Below, piece by piece: positions 55,122 through 64,000 of a stretch of 64,000 nucleotides of DNA (its first letter is position 1; every line of letters begins with the position of its first letter). The notes below the pieces were generated by a model that was given only the letters and a program-made list of their open reading frames with translations, had not been told where the DNA came from and searched no databases. This DNA is from Thermoplasmata archaeon (GTDB lineage: Archaea; Thermoplasmatota; Thermoplasmata; UBA10834), in assembly GCA_041559015.1 (NCBI GenBank), contig JBFFED010000001.1, forward strand, positions 2,361 to 66,360, written 5' to 3'. The translations under genes were made by a program, and so were the position numbers.

Positions 55122-56969
55122 ATGGACAGGATCCTAGATACACGAGCCGGCTCCAGGGTCCTCCTCCTTGGCAACGAGGCCATCGCAAGGGGGGCGCTGG
55201 AGGCGGGCATCGCAGTGGCGACCACATATCCGGGCACACCCGCGTCGGAGATAGGAGATGCGCTAGCGCGGGTGGCCAAGGACGCAGGCATATACTTCGA
55301 GTATTCGACCAACGAGATGGTCGCGGCGGAGATTGCCATGGGCGCGGCCGCCTCTGGTGTCAGGGCCATGGTGAGCATGAAGCATGTCGGGCTCAACGTC
55401 GCGGCCGACGCGCTGATGACCTTCGCTTACACAGGCACGAGAGGTGGTTTCGTGCTGGTCACCGCGGACGACCCTTCCTGCCACTCCAGCCAGAACGAGC
55501 AGGACAACAGATACTACGCTCTGCTCGGCGGCATTCCGCTGCTCGAACCCTCCAGCCCGCAGGAATGCTACGAGATGACGAAGGAGGCCTTCGAGATATC
55601 CGAGCGCCTGGAGCTGCCCGTAATCGTTCGCACTACCACGCGGATATCTCATGTGAGGGGACCGGTCACGGTCGGGAAGATAGCCCCGGGCGTGAAGAAG
55701 AAGGAGTTCGTGAAGGACCCCACGAGGTTCGTCACCGTGCCCGCAGTCGCCCGCATACGGCACAAGGTCCTGCTCGAGAGGCTCCGGGAAGCCGAGGCGC
55801 TCGCCGGCAAATCGCCCCTGAACAGGATCGAGAAGGTCAATGGAGGAGGAGACATCGGGATCATCACGTCATCGGCCGCCTTCAACTATGCAATGGACGC
55901 CGCAGCTGGAATGTCAATCTCAGCTGACGTGCTCAAACTAGGGTTCTCTCATCCTCTACCGGCTGACAAGGTGGCAGAGTTCGTCAGTGACCACGAAAGG
56001 ATCGTGGTCGTGGAGGAGCTCGAGCCCATCCTTGAGAACTCTGTGAGGGCGATAGCGCAACGCGCGTCTCTGAAAACTGTGATAGTTGGAAAGGCCGACG
56101 GTGCTTTCTCAAGGCTTCACGAATTCGACCAGGCGATAGTCGCCAGAGGGCTGCGCGCGGCTCTCTCCATGAGCCCGGAGACCGCCGAGGAGACGACCCC
56201 CCAGACCCAGGAGCTGCCCACGCGCCCGCCGGTCCTGTGTGCTGGCTGCCCTCACAGCGCCACTTACTTCGCGGTGAACAAGGCCACGAACAGGAAGGCG
56301 CTTTTCGCTTCCGACATCGGATGCTACACGCTCGGTCTGGCGCCCCCTTACAACGCCGCCGATTTCCTCGTCTGCATGGGCTCCAGCGTGGGATCCGCAG
56401 GAGGCCTAGCCAAGGTCAACGACCAGCCCGTGATCGCATTCATCGGAGATTCCACATTCTTCCACGCGGGGATACCGGGCCTTATTAATGCCGTGCACAA
56501 CGGCCACAGGTTCCTGCTGATGATACTCGACAACAGGACGACCGCCATGACGGGCCACCAGCCGCATCCAGGGAGCGAGAGGGGGCCGACCTGCTGCGAT
56601 ATCACGGCGGTCTCGATAGAGGAAGTGGTCAGGGGTTGCGGAGTCAAGTGGCTGAAGGTCGTAGACCCATACGAGCTCAAGACTACTGTTGACGCGGTCA
56701 AGGAGGCCTTGGGGCAAACGGGTGTCTCTGTCATCATCGCGAGGAGGGAGTGCGCTCTCATAGCGAAGCGGGACTCGAACGGCGCAATCATGAAGAAGCA
56801 CTTCATTGACCAGGAGGCGTGCAAGAAGTGCAGGACCTGTGTGGACAGGTTCCAGTGCCCAGCGATATCGAGCATAGACGAAGTACAGACGATAGATGAC
56901 GCACTCTGCGCAGGCTGCGGAGTGTGCGCTCAGGTCTGCCCGTACAAGGCTATCAAGGAGGTGAAGTGA
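55122..56969 (+). CDS. iorA: Indolepyruvate:ferredoxin oxidoreductase alpha subunit
   Basis: LLGNEAIARG, YPGTP, MKHVGLNVAAD, SSQNEQD, LCAGCPH, GDSTFFH, TAMTGHQ, C-terminal 2x[4Fe-4S]. Confidence 0.93.
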   Translation: MDRILDTRAGSRVLLLGNEAIARGALEAGIAVATTYPGTPASEIGDALARVAKDAGIYFEYSTNEMVAAEIAMGAAASGVRAMVSMKHVGLNVAADALMTFAYTGTRGGFVLVTADDPSCHSSQNEQDNRYYALLGGIPLLEPSSPQECYEMTKEAFEISERLELPVIVRTTTRISHVRGPVTVGKIAPGVKKKEFVKDPTRFVTVPAVARIRHKVLLERLREAEALAGKSPLNRIEKVNGGGDIGIITSSAAFNYAMDAAAGMSISADVLKLGFSHPLPADKVAEFVSDHERIVVVEELEPILENSVRAIAQRASLKTVIVGKADGAFSRLHEFDQAIVARGLRAALSMSPETAEETTPQTQELPTRPPVLCAGCPHSATYFAVNKATNRKALFASDIGCYTLGLAPPYNAADFLVCMGSSVGSAGGLAKVNDQPVIAFIGDSTFFHAGIPGLINAVHNGHRFLLMILDNRTTAMTGHQPHPGSERGPTCCDITAVSIEEVVRGCGVKWLKVVDPYELKTTVDAVKEALGQTGVSVIIARRECALIAKRDSNGAIMKKHFIDQEACKKCRTCVDRFQCPAISSIDEVQTIDDALCAGCGVCAQVCPYKAIKEVK

Positions 56970-57556
56970 TGGCCGACATCTACCTCGTGGGCGTTGGGGG
57001 CCAGGGGATCATCACCGCCTCCAGGATAATCGGCGATGCCGCAATCCTCGCGGGCAAGAACGTCATCCTCAGTGAGACCCACGGCATGGCCCAGAGGGGC
57101 GGCTCGGTCGTGTGCACCGCGAGGATAGGTGACGTCCACAGCCCGCTCATACCGGACGGCGAGGCGGACATCATACTCTCGTTGGAGCTGCTGGAGACGC
57201 TCAGAGCGCTGCCGAAAGCCTCCAAGGACACCGTCGTCGTGAGTTCCGCAGAGAGGATGGTGCCGCTCAGCGTGTCGACCATGAAGCTCAAGTATCCTGA
57301 CCGGGAAGAGGTCTCGGAGCAGGTGAGGCGAGTCGCGAAGTCATTCGCGATAGTTGACGCGGCGGGCATTGCTGCGGGCTCGGGTGTGCCGATGTCCTCG
57401 AACATCGTCATGGTCGGCGCCTTGGCCGGGACGGGCATGACTGACCTCGCGAAGGACCACTTCGAGAAGGCGATCGAGATGAGCATCCCGAGGAAACTGC
57501 CCGAGAACAAGCATGCTTTTGGAGAGGGGTACGAAGCCGTGCGCCGAACGGTCTGA
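56969..57556 (+). CDS. iorB: Indolepyruvate:ferredoxin oxidoreductase beta subunit
   Basis: GVGGQG, ETHGMAQRGGSV; start overlaps the iorA stop. Confidence 0.92.
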   Translation: MADIYLVGVGGQGIITASRIIGDAAILAGKNVILSETHGMAQRGGSVVCTARIGDVHSPLIPDGEADIILSLELLETLRALPKASKDTVVVSSAERMVPLSVSTMKLKYPDREEVSEQVRRVAKSFAIVDAAGIAAGSGVPMSSNIVMVGALAGTGMTDLAKDHFEKAIEMSIPRKLPENKHAFGEGYEAVRRTV

Positions 57557-57598
57557 GCACCGACCAAGTCGTTTCGAGGGGACGGTCTGGACGGTTCG

Positions 57599-58027
57599 TC
57601 ACAACTTGCCGAAGAACCGCCTGACCCCGCTCGTGAAGAGGTAGACAAAGATAAGCATCGACAGCAGGAGGCCGAAGATGGTGCTGAACCAGGTCACCTG
57701 ATCGTCGAACCCGTAGGCGTAGGCGGAGAGCAGATTGCCGATGAACGAGAGGGCCGTAACGATTACCGCCAAGGTCCAAGCCCAACCACTCCCGCGCAGC
57801 AGACCGCGCGTGGCGATGAAGAACGCCACCGAGATGATGAGGATGAAGAGGGCCATCAGCAGGTACACCTCGTCCGTACCCTGGTCTGCCATGAGCGCAA
57901 GGCCGAAGAACCCCAAGGCGAGGGCGAGATAAAGCAGTCCACCGAAAAGTGTGAGGAAAGCGAGCAGGGTGACACCGAACGGTCTGCTCATGCCAGGCAT
58001 CGACCTGAATACGGCTCTCGGGAACAT
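57599..58027 (-). CDS. Small four-TM membrane protein
   Basis: RPFGVTLLA, GLLRG.GWAW, YLF...VRRFF; SD AGGGGG. Confidence 0.7.
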   Translation of the reverse strand: MFPRAVFRSMPGMSRPFGVTLLAFLTLFGGLLYLALALGFFGLALMADQGTDEVYLLMALFILIISVAFFIATRGLLRGSGWAWTLAVIVTALSFIGNLLSAYAYGFDDQVTWFSTIFGLLLSMLIFVYLFTSGVRRFFGKL

Positions 58028-58094
58028 AAAGTCCCCCTTGCGGGAGGGGATGGCCTCGGAAACCATTTAATGGACCCGAGAGCATAGGCCGGCT

Positions 58095-58167
58095 GGGCCC
58101 ATGGTCTAGCGGTTATGACAACGCCCTTACACGGCGTAGGTCACCGGTTCGAATCCGGTTGGGCCCA
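58095..58167 (+). tRNA. tRNA-Val(UAC)
   Basis: TGGTCTAGCGG D-arm; ACGCC-CTTACAC-GGCGT anticodon arm; ACCGG-TTCGAAT-CCGGT T-arm. Confidence 0.92.
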
Positions 58168-58222
58168 TTCAGACTCCAGAGATGACTGAGCCGCACGCTG
58201 AGACGATCAGGATTGTGAGAAC

Positions 58223-58786
58223 ATGCCTCGGAAGAAGACTGAGAAGACGGCATCAAAACTGCTGATTGGCGAGAGAGTCTACCTGAGACCTTTCGGAAGA
58301 GAGGACCTCACACATATCCGCAAGTGGTATGACGACCCGGAGATCAGGAGGATGACGGGCGAGGTAACCCCCATGAGCCGAGCCGAGGCGGAGAGGTTCC
58401 TCAAGAAGGTCAAGGTCGACAAGGACCGAATATGGTTCGCAGTAGTCCTGAAGAAAGGGGACCGCGTGATAGGGGAAGCGGGATTGTTGCGGATGTTCAA
58501 GCCCTGGAGATGCACGGACATGACCGTCATCATCGGAGAGAAGGATGTGTGGGGAAGGGGCTATGGTACTGAGGCGGGCCGCCTACTCCTCGATCACGCC
58601 TTCAAGCGTCTGCGCTTCCATAGGGTCTCGATAGGTGTAGTTGCCCTAAACGAGAGGGCGATGGCCTACTGGAAGGGGCTCGGTTTCAAGAAGGAAGGTA
58701 TCCAGAGGGATGGATACTTCTGCGACGGCACGTTCAGCGACTTCGTCATGATGAGCATTCTCGAGGATGAATACAGGAACAGATGA
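58223..58786 (+). CDS. GNAT acetyltransferase (RimJ/RimL type)
   Basis: GERVYLRP, WGRGYGTEA, NERA...W..LGFKKEG..R. Confidence 0.85.
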   Translation: MPRKKTEKTASKLLIGERVYLRPFGREDLTHIRKWYDDPEIRRMTGEVTPMSRAEAERFLKKVKVDKDRIWFAVVLKKGDRVIGEAGLLRMFKPWRCTDMTVIIGEKDVWGRGYGTEAGRLLLDHAFKRLRFHRVSIGVVALNERAMAYWKGLGFKKEGIQRDGYFCDGTFSDFVMMSILEDEYRNR

Positions 58787-58845
58787 ACACGGGAACACAA
58801 CAGGATTTTAATCGTTGTTACCCTTCACCCATACCGACCAGAAGC

Positions 58846-59793
58846 ATGACCGCACAAAGCTCGAACACAGCAGCCGAGAGGATATCGGTCAAGGGAGTGA
58901 TCATTCTGTCGCGCCTGCCCTTCCTCTCGCCCGGCATGGCCGCCCTGATCACAGGGATAGGCATAGCCATGAGGATGAACGACGACTATGAACCTGGCCT
59001 CGTGGGAATCTCCCTCGTGGGCATGGCATTCATCATGCTTGCCACTTACTACTTCAACGAGTACTACGACTATGAGGGCGACCTTATCAACAGGAAGTTC
59101 ACCAAGTTCTCTGGCGGCAGCCGTGCCATACCAGACCTCAATGTGCCTCGCCCTTTGGCGAGAGTTGCCGGCTGGACATCAATCGCGGTCCTCGCCGCTG
59201 TCGCCATCGCCTACATGGCCTTCTACTTCGGAGACTACCCCCTCCTCCTGCCCCTTGCTCTGTTCGGTGCATTCTGCGGCATCTTCTACTCGAGCCCGCC
59301 TTTCCAATGGTCCTACCTCGGGATAGGAGAGGTGCTAATCGGCATCTGCTACGGAGTGCTGGCATTCGTGAGCGGGTTCTACCTCACATCCGGCGAGATG
59401 AATCCTGACATGGTCATAGTGGCAATCCCAGCCTCCCTGACTATCTTCGGAGTGATAGTCGTCAACGAGTTCCCAGACTATGAGGCAGACAAAGCCGTAG
59501 AGAAGAAGACCATCGTCGTGCGGTTCGGCCCCGAGAGAGCTGCCTACATATTCGCAGCCGCGATGCTCCTCGCTTATCCGAGCATGCTAGCGTCCGTCCT
59601 GATTGGCGTGAGCCTCTGGATTGCCGTCCTGGGACTGCCTGTCCTGCTACTCTCAGCATATGCCGCTGTTAGGACGCTCGGAGGAGGGCATTCGGACGAG
59701 AGGAGGCAAACCGGGATGGCGGCGGCCACCCTCCTTGCGAATCTCGCATCCTCCGTGGTCTTCATAGTTGCCTTCCCCCTCGGAGTTGCCTGA
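58846..59793 (+). CDS. UbiA-family prenyltransferase (MenA-like)
   Basis: SRLPF, NEYYDYEGD, FSGGS, YS.PP....Y.G.GE, NEFPDYEAD...KKT; multi-TM. Confidence 0.8.
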   Translation: MTAQSSNTAAERISVKGVIILSRLPFLSPGMAALITGIGIAMRMNDDYEPGLVGISLVGMAFIMLATYYFNEYYDYEGDLINRKFTKFSGGSRAIPDLNVPRPLARVAGWTSIAVLAAVAIAYMAFYFGDYPLLLPLALFGAFCGIFYSSPPFQWSYLGIGEVLIGICYGVLAFVSGFYLTSGEMNPDMVIVAIPASLTIFGVIVVNEFPDYEADKAVEKKTIVVRFGPERAAYIFAAAMLLAYPSMLASVLIGVSLWIAVLGLPVLLLSAYAAVRTLGGGHSDERRQTGMAAATLLANLASSVVFIVAFPLGVA

Positions 59794-60999
59794 ATGAACG
59801 AGAGGACTGTCAGGCCGTTCTACCAACCGCCGTCGCTGCTCGCTAGGCAACTCAGGAGCGCCCTCCTGATCAGGCGACTGACCGGCTGGTCAAAGCTTCC
59901 ATGGTGGACAACTCAGGCAGGCAAGATATTTCAGATAGCCGCAGGATGCCAGGGCATAGGATGCTTCGGATATCCTGTCCACCCCGTCTGGGAGGTCACA
60001 GCGAAATGCAACCTCGAGTGCGAGCATTGCCATGCGCGCGCAGGGGACATAGATCGTGGTGATGAGCTCACCACGGACGAGGCGAAGACGAGGCTGATAG
60101 ATCCGCTGGCGGAGGTGGCTGACTTCAAGAGCCTCGTATTCTCAGGCGGGGAGCCGTTAGTCCGTGAGGACTTGTTGGAGCTCGTAGGGCACGCCAAGAA
60201 GCGGGGGTTCTACCCCATCATCGCAACCAACGCCACGCTCATAACTGCGGATGTTGCGAGGGCACTGAAGCGCGCCGGGACACTCGGCATCGCGGCGAGC
60301 ATCGACTCGATGAAGGACGATGTCCACGACGCTTTCAGGCGCAAGGCAGGGGCCCTCAGGCTCGCGAGGGAGGGCATCGCGAACGCGGCTGCAGAGGGCA
60401 TGTACATCCAATTTAACATCACTGCTTCGAAGATCAATCTGGACGAGCTCCCGGAGATAATCTCGTTCGCGGACGAACTCCGCGCACACGTCATCCTCCT
60501 CTATCAGTTCATCCCCTCAGGCAGGGGCGAGGAGAGTTCCCAGCTCGAGCTGACGAGGGAGGAGTTCAGGGAGGAGATCCTGAGAACGGGCGAGCTCCAG
60601 AAGGACCTGCACCCCGTGATAGCGCCCGTGGGCCTTCCCGAATACTGGGCCCTGCACAATGTGATGCAGAACGACGGCAGGCGGTCGGATGTGCTGAGGG
60701 GGTGCATATGCGGGAACGGTATGTTCTACATCAAACCCAACGGCGATGTCTGGCCGTGTGCGTTCGTCCCGATTAGCGGGGGCAACCTGAGGGAGAAGAC
60801 CCCGGCCGAGATATGGAATGGCTCCGAGCTCTTCAGGAATCTCAGGAACAGAGACAACCTCAAAGGCATCTGTCACGACTGCTCTCAGAGGGAGGTCTGT
60901 GGTGGGTGCAGGGCCAGGGCGTACGCTCACTCTGGAGACCTGTTCGGCGAGGACCCGAAGTGCGCCCTCACCGAGGGTGAGAGACGGGTAGGGTCCTGA
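59794..60999 (+). CDS. Radical SAM protein with SPASM domain
   Basis: CNLECEHC, FSGGEP, C.CG......PNGDVWPC, C..C.....CGGCRARAY, DPKC; ATG immediately after the upstream TGA. Confidence 0.9.
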   Translation: MNERTVRPFYQPPSLLARQLRSALLIRRLTGWSKLPWWTTQAGKIFQIAAGCQGIGCFGYPVHPVWEVTAKCNLECEHCHARAGDIDRGDELTTDEAKTRLIDPLAEVADFKSLVFSGGEPLVREDLLELVGHAKKRGFYPIIATNATLITADVARALKRAGTLGIAASIDSMKDDVHDAFRRKAGALRLAREGIANAAAEGMYIQFNITASKINLDELPEIISFADELRAHVILLYQFIPSGRGEESSQLELTREEFREEILRTGELQKDLHPVIAPVGLPEYWALHNVMQNDGRRSDVLRGCICGNGMFYIKPNGDVWPCAFVPISGGNLREKTPAEIWNGSELFRNLRNRDNLKGICHDCSQREVCGGCRARAYAHSGDLFGEDPKCALTEGERRVGS

Positions 61000-61056
61000 C
61001 GCTCTTTTCGGAGCAGGTTTAAAGCCTCGGATGGTCGGTTAACCCGCGGTGGCAGC

Positions 61057-61236
61057 TTGAGATTCGACTTCGAGACATGGCTGAGACAGAATTACAGTAT
61101 GAAGGCCCAGGATCTGGATGAAAGGGAGTTGGAATTGGCAAGGAGGGAGTACGCCGAGGAGTATCCCAAGCCGGGCGAGGGCGAGATCAGGCTTAAGTCC
61201 TATCCGTTCAAGAAGTACCTCGACGCAAAGAGCTAG
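61057..61236 (+). CDS. Small hypothetical protein (59 aa; absent from the ORF track)
   Basis: TTG start after GCGGTGG, TTTAAA box at about 61018; MRFDFETWLRQNYSMKAQDLDERELELARREYAEEYPKPGEGEIRLKSYPFKKYLDAKS. Confidence 0.55.
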   Translation: MRFDFETWLRQNYSMKAQDLDERELELARREYAEEYPKPGEGEIRLKSYPFKKYLDAKS

Positions 61237-61313
61237 ATTCGAGCTGGCGGACCATCCTGCGTGCGGCCAGTACGCCCGGAAACGGGCCCCGAGTCCGTGG
61301 AAACGTTTAAGAT

Positions 61314-61327
61314 TTAGGTCAGCCTAA
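61314..61327. promoter_or_regulatory. DtxR/MntR-type operator next to the TATA box
   Basis: TTAGG-TCAG-CCTAA palindrome right after TTTAAG and 11 nt before the regulator ATG. Confidence 0.75.
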
Positions 61328-61338
61328 CTCTTCTTCAG

Positions 61339-62007
61339 ATGGTTTCTGAGAACACCGAGCAGTACCTGAAGGTGATCCACAGGTTGACCGAGGACGGAGG
61401 CGTCGCGAAGACCTCGGAAATAGCCTCCGCGATGAATGTCACCCCTGCTAGCGTCACCGAGATGATGCACAAGCTCTCGGCTCAAGGGTACGTCACGCAC
61501 GAACCATACCGGGGAGTGACCCTCAGGCCCAGAGGCAGGAGGATAGCCTGCAGGATAGCGAGGAGACACCGACTGCTCGAGAGGTTCCTGGCCGATTATG
61601 TCGGCATAAAGGGCAGGCAGAGGCACGAACAGGCGTGCAAGATGGAGCACGTTCTGACCGACGAGGTGGAACAGAGCCTGTGCAGGATCATGAACCACCC
61701 GACCGAGTGCCCCCATGGCAGACGCATACCGAGGTGCGACAGGGGCATAAGCTGCGAGAAGTGCACCAGCAACGACCTCCCCCTCACCGACGTCAAGGAG
61801 GGGGAGAAGGTGATAGTCTCGCACCTCGTCTCGAGGAGCCACGATGAACTGTGTTCGATGCTGGCCATGGGGTTCGTGCCGGGGGCAGAGGTGAAGGTCG
61901 AGAAGAGGGTGCCTATGGGTGGCCCTATGATAGTCAGCCTGAAGGGCGTGAAGATAGCGATTGCCAGAGACAGGACCGATATCCTCCACGTCATGAGACC
62001 GACCTAG
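61339..62007 (+). CDS. DtxR/MntR-family metal-dependent regulator with C-terminal FeoA domain
   Basis: EQYLK, ASVTEM, RRHRLLERFL, MEH, CPHG, C-terminal 'MG..PG.EV.V...P.GGP' FeoA. Confidence 0.9.
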   Translation: MVSENTEQYLKVIHRLTEDGGVAKTSEIASAMNVTPASVTEMMHKLSAQGYVTHEPYRGVTLRPRGRRIACRIARRHRLLERFLADYVGIKGRQRHEQACKMEHVLTDEVEQSLCRIMNHPTECPHGRRIPRCDRGISCEKCTSNDLPLTDVKEGEKVIVSHLVSRSHDELCSMLAMGFVPGAEVKVEKRVPMGGPMIVSLKGVKIAIARDRTDILHVMRPT

Positions 62008-62019
62008 GAGACGGACACC

Positions 62020-63924
62020 ATGCGGATCGCTCTCGCGGGCAACCCCAACGTTGGCAAGAGCATCATCTTCAGCCAGCTGACTGGGGTCGGTGTCATAAGC
62101 GCCAACTACCCTGGAACCACTATAGAGTTCGCCGAGGGTAAGGCCAAGTTCATGGGCACGACCGTCACGGTCGTAGACCTCCCGGGGACTTACTCCCTGG
62201 CCGGGAACACGGACGATGAGAGGGTCGCGACGAACATCCTTTTCGATAGGAAGCCTGAGACGGTCATCGCGGTTCTAGACGCCACGAGACTGGAAAGGAA
62301 CCTGGTGCTCCTGTTCGAGCTGATTGAATCCGGTTATAATGTCGTCGCAGCGCTCAACATGTACGACATCGTCAGGAAGAACAAGCTCAGGATTGACATA
62401 GAGCGGCTGGAACGCACACTCATGATGCCCGTGATCCCGACGGTGGCCACGAAGGGTGAGGGCATCGACTCACTCCTGTACACATCCCTTCAGCTCAGGC
62501 GCAGGAGCAAGTTCAGGGTCAGGTATGACTCCCACATAGAGGAGATGATAGCGCGGCTAGAGGGCATGCTCAGGGAGGAGGACTGGGAGTATCCGCTGAG
62601 GTCCGTGGCGGTGAGGCTGCTCACCGACGACCCGCGCGTGCAGGAGAAGGCGAAGCCTGAGGTGCGAGAACTCGTCGCGAAGCTCAGAGAAGAGTTCAAG
62701 GAGACGCATGGAGAGGACATAGTGGTCCACATCCAGCGAGACAGGTTCGGCGAGGCGGGGAGGATAGCCAGCGAGGTGCTCGCACCCTCGTCCTCCGCCA
62801 AAGCCCAGAAAGAACTGGCGACCGACATAACCCTCCGGCCGTCCACAGGGATACCCATCCTCCTCGGTGTCCTGGGACTGGTGTTCGTCATACTGGTGTT
62901 CGTCGGGGGGATGACAGAGGGAGTGCTGGTCGGGGCATATGCCGAGACGGGAAAACCCCTCTTCACGGACATGGCAGCGGATGCCGAAAGCGAGGTTACC
63001 TCCGGGATACTGCTCGGGATATCGCTCAGCATAGAGGCCATGCTGGCCCTCGTCATACCCTACATACTGGTCTTCTACATCATGCTGTCAGTGCTCGAGG
63101 ACACCGGATACCTGGTCAGGGTCGTCTCCCTCTTGGACGGCGTGATGCACGGGCTCGGCCTCCACGGAAGGGCCGTCATCCCCATGGTCGTCGGGTTCGG
63201 GTGCAATGTCCCGGCCATACTGGCAACTAGGGCGATGGGCTCCAAGAGGGAGCGGCTCATACTCGCAGTACTGATAACGATGGCCGTGCCATGCTCAGCG
63301 CAGACTGCGATAATCGTCGGCTCGGTCGGCAACTACGCGGGACCTCTGTGGGCCCTGCTGATATACGTGATACTCTTCGCGATGGTGGCCGTTCTCGGCC
63401 TCGTGATGCACAAGATGATCAAGTTCGAGCCCACGGGCATGTGCCTGGAGATACCTGACATGAGGTGGCCGAACGCAAAGCAGACAGCGATCAAAACCTA
63501 TGTCCGAATAAAGGAGTTCCTGACGATTGCCTTCCCACTGCTGCTCGCGGGGAGTGTCGTCCTTGAGACACTTCTGGCCTTGGAGCTCCTCCAGAAGCTC
63601 ATGGATCCCCTTGAGCCGCTGATGATGGCCGCCCTGGGACTCCCGGCTTTCACGGTAGTGGCCCTCGTTTTCGGCATACTCAGGAAGGAGATGGCGCTCC
63701 AGATGCTGATGATACTCGCTGGCGAGACGAACCTCGCCCTCTTCCTTACGAACGAACAGATGTTCGTGTTCGCCCTGATCATGGCAGTGTTCATGCCGTG
63801 CCTGGCTGCAGTCGCGGTGCTCCTGAAGGAGTTCGGTCTCAGGAATACAGTGCTCGTCACGGCATCGTCGATCGGGCTAGCATTGATCATGGGCGCAGTA
63901 GCGAACGCTCTGTTCCAGCTCTAG
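62020..63924 (+). CDS. feoB: Ferrous iron transporter FeoB
   Basis: GNPNVGKS, NYPGTT, DLPGTYSL, NMYD, LEDTGY, GFGCNVP, PCSA. Confidence 0.95.
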   Translation: MRIALAGNPNVGKSIIFSQLTGVGVISANYPGTTIEFAEGKAKFMGTTVTVVDLPGTYSLAGNTDDERVATNILFDRKPETVIAVLDATRLERNLVLLFELIESGYNVVAALNMYDIVRKNKLRIDIERLERTLMMPVIPTVATKGEGIDSLLYTSLQLRRRSKFRVRYDSHIEEMIARLEGMLREEDWEYPLRSVAVRLLTDDPRVQEKAKPEVRELVAKLREEFKETHGEDIVVHIQRDRFGEAGRIASEVLAPSSSAKAQKELATDITLRPSTGIPILLGVLGLVFVILVFVGGMTEGVLVGAYAETGKPLFTDMAADAESEVTSGILLGISLSIEAMLALVIPYILVFYIMLSVLEDTGYLVRVVSLLDGVMHGLGLHGRAVIPMVVGFGCNVPAILATRAMGSKRERLILAVLITMAVPCSAQTAIIVGSVGNYAGPLWALLIYVILFAMVAVLGLVMHKMIKFEPTGMCLEIPDMRWPNAKQTAIKTYVRIKEFLTIAFPLLLAGSVVLETLLALELLQKLMDPLEPLMMAALGLPAFTVVALVFGILRKEMALQMLMILAGETNLALFLTNEQMFVFALIMAVFMPCLAAVAVLLKEFGLRNTVLVTASSIGLALIMGAVANALFQL

Positions 63925-64000
63925 CGATCGTTCATCTCACGAACATCGAGAGGTCTTCGTCACCGCGTATGCCGGGGGGCACGTTGACGCTGCCCCTGTA

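Noticed and set aside
1..64000. CRISPR arrays, rRNA, transposases, integrases, defence systems
   Set aside because: No regularly spaced repeats or diagnostic motifs seen
63930..64000. Possible 3' end of a minus-strand gene at the window edge
   Set aside because: Too short to determine frame or product

Overview
GC-rich archaeal chromosomal DNA. Archaeal markers include rpoK, rps2 next to MEMO1, purP, nep1, RPA with its partner, Trm112 and CCA-less tRNAs; the gene content suggests an anaerobic Thermoplasmata-like lineage (inference). Main blocks: (1) nucleotide-sugar genes, serA, purP and nep1; (2) an uncharacterised three-gene operon (12.2-16.5 kb) encoding an opine-dehydrogenase-family enzyme, a cobalamin-binding protein fused to a large mutase-like domain, and an asparagine-synthetase-like ligase that has lost its glutaminase Cys, with a divergent HTH-CBS regulator and nearby QueG-like, MFS and EamA genes; this is my best candidate for an undescribed pathway; (3) a bacterial-type Wood-Ljungdahl carbonyl-branch cluster (23.5-36 kb) with CODH and acetyl-CoA synthase fused in one ORF, plus acsD, acsC, acsE, RACo, two cooC and cooT; (4) RPA, three tandem zinc-ribbon membrane paralogs, rps2 and rpoK; (5) an accessory-looking region (45.3-52.9 kb) ending at the tRNA-Arg 3' end; (6) leuCD-like genes, iorAB, tRNA-Val, a MenA-like prenyltransferase abutting a radical SAM/SPASM gene, and DtxR-feoB with a clear operator. 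Several genes appear to need non-ATG/GTG/TTG start codons (CTG, ATT, ATA, ACG). No CRISPR array, rRNA, transposase or integrase was seen. All protein calls come from motif recognition by eye, not database searches.
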